IMG/VR virus record: IMGVR_UViG_3300035180_000254
DNA length: 64,000 nucleotides
Source of the DNA: a virus
Strand: one strand, 5' to 3'
In this document: piece after piece, positions 7,933-15,830 of the stretch
Layout: the number at the start of each line of letters is the position of its first letter
Position numbering within the stretch: position 1 is the first letter of the stretch
Notes under the pieces: generated by a model
Databases searched by the model: none
Told to the model about the DNA's origin: nothing
What the model saw: only the letters and a program-made list of their open reading frames with translations
Program-made: the position numbers and the translations under genes

Positions 7933-9045
7933 ATGGCTTTAACCAACTTTGGATTGCTCACGTCTGAGCAAAAGACCGTGTGGTCGATGGATTTGTGGAA
8001 ACAAGCCCGCAACATGTCTTTCGTGAACAAGTTCCTGGGCAAAGGCCCGAACTCCATGGTTCAACATATCACCGAGCTGAAGAAGACTGAGAAGGGCGCG
8101 CGCGCCGTGATCACTTTGCTGGCTGACCTGGTGGGTGACGGTGTCGCGGGTGACCGCACGCTGGAAGGCAACGAAGAAGGCATGCAAACCTTCGACCAAG
8201 TGATTCGCATCGACCAACTGCGTCATGCCAATCGCCACGAAGGCCGCATGGCTGACCAAAAGTCCGTTGTCGAGTTCCGTGGCAACAGCCGCGATGTGCT
8301 GGCCTACTGGCTGGCTGACCGCATCGACCAGATGGCGTTCCTGACGCTGGCTGGCCGCAGCTATGCCTTCAAGAACAACGGCGCAACCCGCGTCGGTTCT
8401 GACCTGCAATTCCTGGAATTCGCCGCCGACGTGTCCTCACCCTCCAATGGCCGTCGCCTGCGTTGGGATTCCGTGGGCAAGACCCTGGTGTCCAACGCTG
8501 CCTCCAGCGCTGTGATCGCCGGTGATACCCCCAGCTGGAACATGTTCGTTCAGCTCAAGGCCTATGCCAAAGACCGCTACATCCGTGGCGTGACCGGCGA
8601 GGGCGGCGAGGAAACCTACCACGCCTTCCTGACTCCCCAGGCCATGGCCAAGCTGAAGATGGACCCCGACTACATGGCCAACTTGCGTTACAGCCAGAAC
8701 ATTGGCGTCAACGACAAGCTGTTCAGCGGTAGCTCGGTGAAGATCGACGGCATCTACCTGCACGAGTTCCGCCACGTGCCCAACACCTTCGGTGCAGCCT
8801 CTGGCTCCAAGTATGGCGCCTCCGGCACCGTCGACGGCGCACAGATTCTGTTCTGTGGCGCGCAAGCACTGGGCATGGCCGACATCGGCGCACCCGAGTG
8901 GAACGAGAAGGGCTTCGACTACGACAACCAACAGGGTATCTCGGTTGGCAAGATCGCCGGTTTCCTGAAGCCCAAGTTCGCCAGCATCTACGAAAACGGC
9001 TCGACTGAAGACTTCGGTGTTCTGTCTTGCTACGTGGCTTCTTAA
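7933..9045 (+). CDS. major capsid protein
   Basis: Start moved to the ATG at 7933, which follows AAAGGAGAG. 370 aa, MALTNFGLLTSEQKTVW... Lies after the scaffold gene in a unit bounded by terminators. Composition is typical of HK97-fold podovirus coat proteins. Confidence 0.8.
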   Translation: MALTNFGLLTSEQKTVWSMDLWKQARNMSFVNKFLGKGPNSMVQHITELKKTEKGARAVITLLADLVGDGVAGDRTLEGNEEGMQTFDQVIRIDQLRHANRHEGRMADQKSVVEFRGNSRDVLAYWLADRIDQMAFLTLAGRSYAFKNNGATRVGSDLQFLEFAADVSSPSNGRRLRWDSVGKTLVSNAASSAVIAGDTPSWNMFVQLKAYAKDRYIRGVTGEGGEETYHAFLTPQAMAKLKMDPDYMANLRYSQNIGVNDKLFSGSSVKIDGIYLHEFRHVPNTFGAASGSKYGASGTVDGAQILFCGAQALGMADIGAPEWNEKGFDYDNQQGISVGKIAGFLKPKFASIYENGSTEDFGVLSCYVAS

Positions 9046-9058
9046 GGAGTAACCCACC

Positions 9059-9565
9059 ATGAGCAAAATCCAAGCCGCCCGCACCGTGCAGCGCATCCTG
9101 ACTGCCGAGTTCGCCTTCAACTACAACGACTGGTCCATCGACTCCGTCTCGCTGGTGAAGACCACCTACGGTTCCACCACCGCTCTGGCCGATCCCAGCT
9201 CCGCAGTGTCCGGCCTGACCGCTGGCACCGGCATCACCTTCGACTGCATCCCGATGCCCATCGGCGCTGTGATCATGGGTGGCGCTGTGATCGTCGAGAC
9301 CGCGTTCGCCGGTATCGGTGCCGCAGCCGTGCTGAACCTGGGTGTCGCTGGCAACACCAGCGCCCTGGTCTCGGCAATGGACCTGGACGCCGCCACCAGC
9401 GGCTCCCGCACCGCGATCTCGCTGACCGCTCCGTTGCTCTGCAACGCTGGCCAAAACATCCGTCTGACTACCTCCGGCCTGACCGCCGCTGCTACCGCAG
9501 GCAAGGTCCGTGTCCGCGTGGATTACACGATTGATGGCAAGGCCGACGAGGTCGTTGTCGCCTAA
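9059..9565 (+). CDS. putative capsid decoration/accessory head protein
   Basis: 168 aa, A/T/G-rich and beta-type. AAGGAG SD. Shares the terminator-bounded unit with the capsid gene. Confidence 0.5.
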   Translation: MSKIQAARTVQRILTAEFAFNYNDWSIDSVSLVKTTYGSTTALADPSSAVSGLTAGTGITFDCIPMPIGAVIMGGAVIVETAFAGIGAAAVLNLGVAGNTSALVSAMDLDAATSGSRTAISLTAPLLCNAGQNIRLTTSGLTAAATAGKVRVRVDYTIDGKADEVVVA

Positions 9566-9576
9566 GTGACCGCATG

Positions 9577-9605
9577 AACGGGGCTTCGGCCCCGTTCCTT
9601 TATCA
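9577..9605 (+). terminator. rho-independent terminator
   Basis: GAACGGGGC-TTCG-GCCCCGTTC (9-bp stem, tetraloop) followed by CTTTATC. Confidence 0.7.
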
Positions 9606-9622
9606 ACCACTGGAGAACCAAA

Positions 9623-9823
9623 ATGAAGTACACGCTTCCCTTCGACCACGTGCTCGCCACTAAGAGCGGCCTGGCTGTCGAATTCAAGGCCGACGTGCCC
9701 ACCTTCGTACCTGAGATTGCTGCCGCCGAGGCGCTGGCATTCGGCGCTGTAGCGTCCGACGAGCCTGACGACACTCCCGAGCCCGGCAACCAGATGCCTT
9801 CTGACGAAGGAGCCGCAGCATGA
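9623..9823 (+). CDS. hypothetical protein (66 aa), paralogous to the N-terminus of the next gene
   Basis: GGAG SD. TKSGLAVEFKADVPTFVPE...AFGAV aligns with STSGHAVEFVKGELTHVPP...AAGAV of 9820..10194. Confidence 0.55.
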   Translation: MKYTLPFDHVLATKSGLAVEFKADVPTFVPEIAAAEALAFGAVASDEPDDTPEPGNQMPSDEGAAA

Positions 9824-10194
9824 AGTTCGTGATGCACCGCAATCGCACCATCGTGTCCACCAGTGGCCACGCCGTCGAATTCGTGAAAGGTGAGCTGACC
9901 CACGTGCCCCCTGCCATGTACGAGCAGGTTATGGCCGCTGGCGCTGTGCCTGAAGAAGAGCTGGACCTGGACCCCAAGGAAGAGGGTAAGGTCGAGGAAC
10001 CCACAGACCCCGCCACCCGCCAGAAGGCGCTGTTCGCGGCCATGGAGAAGGTCACCCTGCGCGGCAAGCGTGAGGAGTTCACCGCCTCCGGTGCCCCGCA
10101 CGCCAAGGTGCTGTCCAACGAGCTGGGCTGGACTGTCAGCAACAAGGAACGCGACACCGCTTGGGCCGCGTTCCAGACCCGCGAGAACGAGTAA
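9820..10194 (+). CDS. hypothetical head-associated protein
   Basis: 124 aa with an ATGA overlap to the previous gene. C-terminal FTASGAPHAKVLSNELGWTVSNKERDTAW resembles a Mu-like N-terminal domain motif (uncertain). Confidence 0.6.
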   Translation: MKFVMHRNRTIVSTSGHAVEFVKGELTHVPPAMYEQVMAAGAVPEEELDLDPKEEGKVEEPTDPATRQKALFAAMEKVTLRGKREEFTASGAPHAKVLSNELGWTVSNKERDTAWAAFQTRENE

Positions 10195-10197
10195 CCC

Positions 10198-10839
10198 ATG
10201 AACACGACAGAACTACTGGCCCTGGCTCGCGCCGAGCTGTACGACATAGAGACGCCCTACCTCTGGTCGGACGCCATGCTGTACACCTACATCGACGACG
10301 CCCAGAAGCAGTTCTGTCGTCTCACCTACGGCATCGAAGACGCCCGCAGCTTCAAGATCACCATCAAGGCCGACGGCACCGAATGGTACGCCATCGACCC
10401 GGCGATCCTGAAAATCCGTGATGCCTCTGACGCCTCCACCGGCGACGACGTGCCGCTGATCGCATCCGAGAAGATGCGCCAGCAGGGCCTGAAGTTCGAC
10501 GGCAATCAAGGCCCGCTGCGCGCCCTGATCACCGGCCTGGAGAAGGGCTATGTCCGCACACATCCCAAACCTAACACTGCATCTGTGGTGGAACTCCATG
10601 TGTTCCGCCTGTCCGAGGATGTGGCCGCTGGAGATGACTTCGAGATCGACCCGCAGCACCACATCAACCTCCTCGACTGGGTGAAGAAGCGCGCCTACAG
10701 CGTCCAAGACGCTGAGACCTCCGACCCGCGCAAAGCGGCTGAGCACGAGCAGGCCTTCAAAGTCTACTGCGCCGCTGCCAAGGTCGAGCAAAGCCGCGCA
10801 CGTCGCCCTGTGTCCACCGTCGCATACGGAGGCCTCTGA
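10198..10839 (+). CDS. putative head-tail adaptor/connector protein
   Basis: 213 aa. N-terminal LLALARAELYDIETPYLWSDAMLYTYIDDAQKQF is gp6-like adaptor style. Position lies between the head and tail genes. Confidence 0.45.
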   Translation: MNTTELLALARAELYDIETPYLWSDAMLYTYIDDAQKQFCRLTYGIEDARSFKITIKADGTEWYAIDPAILKIRDASDASTGDDVPLIASEKMRQQGLKFDGNQGPLRALITGLEKGYVRTHPKPNTASVVELHVFRLSEDVAAGDDFEIDPQHHINLLDWVKKRAYSVQDAETSDPRKAAEHEQAFKVYCAAAKVEQSRARRPVSTVAYGGL

Positions 10840-11111
10840 TGTCTACCCTGAAAAAAGACCCGGACGCGATCCTCGACTACACCGTTGATTGGGGCCCATA
10901 CCTGACGGCCCTCGGTGACGTGATCACGTCCGTCACTTGGGTCCTCTCGAGCGGCCTCACGGAGGTCTCTCAACAAAACACCTCCACGACGGCCACGGCC
11001 TTCGTGTCTGGTGGCGTCTTGGGTGATACCGAGACCCTTACATGCCGAATCGTGACAGCCGGTGGGCGCACTGATGACCGGACCATTCCCATCAAGATCG
11101 TCAACCGCTAA
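10839..11111 (+). CDS. conserved small virion-module protein
   Basis: 90 aa. The KDPDAILDYTVDWGPYL motif is common in podophage structural clusters. TGATG overlap. Confidence 0.55.
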   Translation: MSTLKKDPDAILDYTVDWGPYLTALGDVITSVTWVLSSGLTEVSQQNTSTTATAFVSGGVLGDTETLTCRIVTAGGRTDDRTIPIKIVNR

Positions 11112-11120
11112 GGAGCCACC

Positions 11121-11576
11121 ATGGCCACTACCGCCTTCTGCAACTCGTACAAGCAGGAAATCCTGCAAGGCCTGCACCTCGCAGCCAATACCTACAAGAT
11201 CGCCCTGATCAAGGTCGCACCGACCACGACCTTCGGTGCGTCTACCACCAACGCGGGCACTCCCGGCACCAGTGCTTCGTCCCAAGCCAACATCGGCACC
11301 GACGAAGCCTCTGGCACCGGCTACACCAGCGGCGGCGCGACCCTGGCTGGCTACTCTGCCACCCTGCAGGGCACTACCGGCTGCTTGGACTTCACCACGC
11401 CGACCTGGGCTAGCTCCACCATCAGCGCCACTGCTGCGGTGATCTACAACAGCTCGGTGTCCAACCGCGCTGTGAGCGTGCATGACTTCGGCGGCACCAT
11501 CAGCTCCACCGCTGGTACTTTCACTGCGACCATGCCTGCCGTCGGCGCTGGCACCTCGCTGATCCGCGTGGCCTGA
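11121..11576 (+). CDS. hypothetical virion protein (family shared with 15351..15821)
   Basis: 151 aa, AAGGAG SD, S/T/G/A-rich beta-type. N-terminal NSYKQEILQG...YKIALI pattern. Confidence 0.6.
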   Translation: MATTAFCNSYKQEILQGLHLAANTYKIALIKVAPTTTFGASTTNAGTPGTSASSQANIGTDEASGTGYTSGGATLAGYSATLQGTTGCLDFTTPTWASSTISATAAVIYNSSVSNRAVSVHDFGGTISSTAGTFTATMPAVGAGTSLIRVA

Positions 11577-11872
11577 TGCCTCAAGCAGAAGCTGCTCTCC
11601 TGGACCTCGGCCATTTGGTCGAGCGTATCAAGTCCGTCCGCGCTTCGCCCGAGGAGCTGGCGGAGCTGGCCACCAACCGAATCATCTCGGTTGGCGACAA
11701 GTCGCACTTCGCCATCCGTGACCAGGCCCACGCCTTCCGCGAAGGCATCCGCGACGTGATCCGCCAGTACGTCGAACGCGCCGTGTACGCCGAGCAGCTG
11801 AACGTCGCCCAGGCACTGCGCGATGTCGGCCACCCCGAACTGGTCCCCGTCATCGCGGACCGCATGAAGTAA
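11576..11872 (+). CDS. hypothetical protein
   Basis: 98 aa, helical. TGATG overlap with the upstream gene. Confidence 0.55.
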   Translation: MPQAEAALLDLGHLVERIKSVRASPEELAELATNRIISVGDKSHFAIRDQAHAFREGIRDVIRQYVERAVYAEQLNVAQALRDVGHPELVPVIADRMK

Positions 11873-11884
11873 CTGGAGCGCTAA

Positions 11885-13081
11885 ATGCCGTTTACCCCTT
11901 CTTCGTCCGCCAGCTCCGCTTTCGGCGGCGACTCTGAAGTCGCAGCTGCCGAAACGTGGCCGATCAGTAAGCTGGCATATGGCGCTAGTGGCTCGGGCAC
12001 TCGCGTCACCGCAGCGACCCCCATGCCAATCGGCCCTGGCTCTGCCGCTGCGGCCACCACTGGTGCCATCGTCGCAGCCTCTACAGTCGTCGGCCCCGTC
12101 ACCATGGGCACGATGAACGGCCTGACCGTGACGGTCAGCGGTACGCATGCGGGCGTCAACTTTGGTTTCTGGGGCTCGAACGACAACACGCTGTGGTTCC
12201 CCGTCAACGCTGTTCGTACGGACACAGGAATCTCTGAAACCACTTCGGGTGTACTCACAGCCAATCAGTCCCGCGCATGGGACATCAGCATTGGCGAGTT
12301 CTTGTATTTCCGTGTTGTGGCCACCGCCTGGACGAGCGGCAGCGCTGCTATCGCCATCCAGCCCGGCATGTTCTCATCTGAGTCACAAGTGGCGGCCATT
12401 GCGCATGCGATCTACAACACGACCCTGCCGACGTTCACTGCAGGCTCGCTGGCTTACCTGCTGTCCGATGTGAATGGGCGCTTGGTGGTGACAGGCCAGG
12501 GGGCTGCGGCTGCTTCGATTGCTGGTGCACCAGTGCGTGTCGGTGGTACTTTCACCACCACACTGCCGACTTACACCACCGGCCAGCAGACTGACCTTCA
12601 GGTCACTGCGCGCGGTGAAGTTTTGGTGGCGCTGTCCAACGGCGCGACGGCTGTGGCGGTCAAGGCCGCAAGCACCGCTGCCGCAACGACTGACCCGGCA
12701 CTGACCGTTGCCTTGTCGCCCAACAGCCCAGCACCGGCTACCACAAGCGCCAACCAGGCTTGCGCCAACATTAACGTGAACGCGGTGGGAGCAACCGTTA
12801 CCGCCGTGAAGGCTAGCGCGGGCAACCTCTTTGGCATGTCCCTGGTGAACAACAATGCCGCAGTCGTCTTCGTGTCGTTCTGGAACGTCGCCGTCGGCTC
12901 AGTGACGTTGGGCACCACGGTTCCAACTTGCGTCTTCGCCATCCCTGCCAGTGGTGTGCTGAACCTTCCCCCTAGCGCATTGGCGCTGCTCAATAGTGCG
13001 ACTGCCATCAGCTTCGCTGCCGTCACTGCTTACAACGGAGCCGCCGGAGGCTCCGTTACCGGGTCGATCTTCTACAAATAA
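11885..13081 (+). CDS. hypothetical virion/tail protein
   Basis: 398 aa, GGAG SD, beta-rich A/T/G/V composition, inside the structural operon. Confidence 0.65.
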   Translation: MPFTPSSSASSAFGGDSEVAAAETWPISKLAYGASGSGTRVTAATPMPIGPGSAAAATTGAIVAASTVVGPVTMGTMNGLTVTVSGTHAGVNFGFWGSNDNTLWFPVNAVRTDTGISETTSGVLTANQSRAWDISIGEFLYFRVVATAWTSGSAAIAIQPGMFSSESQVAAIAHAIYNTTLPTFTAGSLAYLLSDVNGRLVVTGQGAAAASIAGAPVRVGGTFTTTLPTYTTGQQTDLQVTARGEVLVALSNGATAVAVKAASTAAATTDPALTVALSPNSPAPATTSANQACANINVNAVGATVTAVKASAGNLFGMSLVNNNAAVVFVSFWNVAVGSVTLGTTVPTCVFAIPASGVLNLPPSALALLNSATAISFAAVTAYNGAAGGSVTGSIFYK

Positions 13082-13090
13082 GGGGCGACT

Positions 13091-15331
13091 ATGGCCCTCA
13101 ATGTCGGCGCGTTCTCCCCGATAGCGGCGTCGAACTACGCAAATACGCAGACCACAGCCGCGATCACCACTGCTGCCAGCGGCAGCACGTTCGTCGTGCC
13201 CTACAACGGCGCACAGGGGGTCATCGCCAGCATCCTTGACAACAAGGGCAACATCTACGTCCTCAAGGAAACGAGCAACTACAACGGGACGTTCCAGTCC
13301 TTGTATGCCTATGTTTGCGAAAACGGCGTTGGCGGCGCGGGCCACACGGTCACAATCGCCCTCAATTCCGGCGCTTATGCGGCGTACTCTTTTGGGTTGG
13401 TTGAGATCACCGGCGGCGCGGTATATGACGTGTCGTTCCCGAGTGCTGGCGTTTCCACAACGCCGCCGACAGGCAGCATCACGACAACTGATGCAGATGT
13501 GGTTCTGTCGTTTTGCGGTGGCCCCTCATACACCACCTACACCAGCGTTACGGACAGCTTCGGCAACATCATTGCGTCGCAGTTGGATGGCGCGACCTAT
13601 GGCACGCAATCGGCTGTTGGTGCGCTTGTCCAGTCGAGTGCAGGTTCGATCAGCGACACATTCACATGGAGCGCGTCGATAGGTTACGGCACCATCATCA
13701 TGGGCTTCAAGTCCTCCACAGCACTGACTGCTGGGCTTGTTCCATACCCGATTGGCGGAAATGTCGCGGTTGGCATGGCCTTCCCAAGTGCATCTGGCGG
13801 CGGCACGGCGACACTGACTGGCGTCGGCACCACTTCCGGCGTCGGCACTCCCACAGCCTTCGGCTACGCGGCCACGCCCTTGGCCAGCGCAACTGCAACT
13901 AGCGCCGTCGGCACCATCACTGCATCAGGCACCAGCTCGGTAGCCGGGAACGCAGCGCTGATTGGTGTCCCGGCCACTTCCGCCGCTGGCACGCTGACCG
14001 CTACGGGAACTGCCGCCACGACCCTCGCAGGCGCTGCGACCACGGCCTCTGCAGGCACGATCACAGCCTCTGCTGGCGCATCAGGAAACGCGACGCTCAC
14101 CGGTGTCCCGGCTACCTCTGCGGCTGGCACGCTGGCCGGGGCAGGGCAGGGCACTGTCGCCCTGGTCAGTACCTCGGCCACGTCCGCTGCTGGCACGCTG
14201 ACGGCCTCGGGCGCAGCCGCGCTGACCCTGGCCGCAGCCACCGCGACCTCTGCCGCAGGCACTGTCGCGGCCTCGGGCGGTAGCGTCGGCGCAGCGCCGC
14301 TTACCGGTGTCGCCGCGACCTCTGCCGCAGGCGTCCTGGCCCCTACCGCCTCCAGCGCAGCGACCCTCTCTGGGGCCTCTGCCACGGCCTCCGCAGGGGC
14401 GATTACAGCCTCCGCAGGGGCTTCGGGCACCGCTACCATCACCGGTGTCGCTACGACCTCCGCAGCGGCCTCTCTGGCCGCTTCCGGGGCCGCTTCCAGG
14501 GCACTTACGGGCGTCTCTGCCACCGCCACCGCTGGCACCCTGGCAGCTTCGGGTACGGCCTCCGCTACCGTGGCACTCGCCGGGGTCCAGGCCACCGCCG
14601 CTGCTGGCACCCTGACGGCCTCTGGCACGGCCACCGGTACAGCCACTCTCACCGGTGTGACCGCCACGTCCTCTGTCGGCACCGTCACCGCTACGGGGGC
14701 TGGCGCTGGGCAGGCCAACCTGGCTGGCGTCGGCGCGACTGCCTCGGCTGGCGCACTGACCGGCTCCGGCCAAGCCACCAAGGCTCTGACCGGCACCTCT
14801 GCCACGGCTGCAGCCGGGACCATCACTGCCTCGGCTGTCACTGCCGCGACCCTGACCGGTGTCGCAGCCACTGGCTCTGCCGGGGCGCTCACCGCCAAGG
14901 GTGGCGCCTCGGTGGCGCTAGGCAGCGTGTCTGCCACGGCCCAGGCTGGCAGCGTCACGGCTGGCGCGAGTCGGGCCGTGGCCCTCACCGGTGTAGCGGC
15001 CACATCGGCTGCGGGCACTGTGTCTGCGGCGTCCATCACCACCGCGCTGCTGGCCAGCGTGCAGGCCAACTCTGCTGCGAGCGCCATCGTCGCGCGCGGC
15101 ATCGCCAACGTCCTCATCACGGGTGCGCAAGCCTCGTCCTCCGCTGGAAGCATCCACGCAGTCGCTGGTAGCGACTACGTGCCCGACCCGCGCCTGACGC
15201 TGACTGTGCAGCCCGACCCTCGCATCCTCACCGTCCTTGCGGACCCCCACGCGCTGGTTGTACCGGCAGAGTCCCGAACCCTTCTCGTCACTGCAAGCGC
15301 CCTCCAGGCGAGCGTGGCACCCAGCTTCTAA
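13091..15331 (+). CDS. repeat-rich fibre-like virion protein
   Basis: 746 aa. A roughly 235-aa globular N-terminus, then about 20 units of about 21-24 aa (consensus ..LTGV.ATSAAGTLTASG...), then a C-terminal DPR(L/I)LTV.. and VVPAESR motif. Confidence 0.7.
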   Translation: MALNVGAFSPIAASNYANTQTTAAITTAASGSTFVVPYNGAQGVIASILDNKGNIYVLKETSNYNGTFQSLYAYVCENGVGGAGHTVTIALNSGAYAAYSFGLVEITGGAVYDVSFPSAGVSTTPPTGSITTTDADVVLSFCGGPSYTTYTSVTDSFGNIIASQLDGATYGTQSAVGALVQSSAGSISDTFTWSASIGYGTIIMGFKSSTALTAGLVPYPIGGNVAVGMAFPSASGGGTATLTGVGTTSGVGTPTAFGYAATPLASATATSAVGTITASGTSSVAGNAALIGVPATSAAGTLTATGTAATTLAGAATTASAGTITASAGASGNATLTGVPATSAAGTLAGAGQGTVALVSTSATSAAGTLTASGAAALTLAAATATSAAGTVAASGGSVGAAPLTGVAATSAAGVLAPTASSAATLSGASATASAGAITASAGASGTATITGVATTSAAASLAASGAASRALTGVSATATAGTLAASGTASATVALAGVQATAAAGTLTASGTATGTATLTGVTATSSVGTVTATGAGAGQANLAGVGATASAGALTGSGQATKALTGTSATAAAGTITASAVTAATLTGVAATGSAGALTAKGGASVALGSVSATAQAGSVTAGASRAVALTGVAATSAAGTVSAASITTALLASVQANSAASAIVARGIANVLITGAQASSSAGSIHAVAGSDYVPDPRLTLTVQPDPRILTVLADPHALVVPAESRTLLVTASALQASVAPSF
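13802..15169 (+). repeat. imperfect tandem coding repeats (about 63-72 bp units, about 20 copies)
   Basis: DNA and protein periodicity are visible directly. They generate long shadow ORFs on the opposite strand. Confidence 0.75.
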
Positions 15332-15350
15332 ATCTCTCAAGGAGTACATC

Positions 15351-15821
15351 ATGGCCGCATGGTCCGACACCGCTGAAAACAAACTGATCGACTGGTTCTT
15401 TCGAGGCCAGGCGCTGGGCCTGACTGGCGCATCCGCTGGCGCTGGCTCCGGCCCCACCACTCTCTACATCGGCTTGCTGACCGCAGCACCCACAGACTCG
15501 ACCGCTGGCACCGAGGTGAGCGGCGGCTCGTACGCCCGTGTGGCGGTGACTAGCTCGCTGGCGAACTGGGCTGGCACACAAGCGGCAGGCTCTACATCCG
15601 CATCTACTGGCACATCCGGCACGACCAGCAACAACAACACCATCACCTATAGCCCCTCGCCGACCGTGTCGTGGGGTACTGTCACCGCCGTCGGCATTTA
15701 TGACTCGGCCTCTGGTGGCAGTTTGCTGGTCTACTCGGCGCTGTCCCTGGCAAAGGTCATCAATATCGGCGACTTGGTAACGTTCCCTGCAGGGGCGCTG
15801 ACCTTCCAGATCGACAACTAA
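15351..15821 (+). CDS. hypothetical virion protein (paralog family of 11121..11576)
   Basis: Start moved to the ATG at 15351, which follows AAGGAG. 156 aa, MAAWSDTAENKLIDWFFRG...LYIGLLTAAPTDSTAGTEVSGGSYARVAV... Confidence 0.65.
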   Translation: MAAWSDTAENKLIDWFFRGQALGLTGASAGAGSGPTTLYIGLLTAAPTDSTAGTEVSGGSYARVAVTSSLANWAGTQAAGSTSASTGTSGTTSNNNTITYSPSPTVSWGTVTAVGIYDSASGGSLLVYSALSLAKVINIGDLVTFPAGALTFQIDN

Positions 15822-15830
15822 GGTCGAGCC

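Noticed and set aside
13864-15153. 429-aa minus-strand ORF across the tandem repeat region
   Set aside because: It is the mirror image of the Ala/Thr/Gly repeats. It has no SD or operon context, whereas the plus-strand gene has an SD and fits the structural operon.
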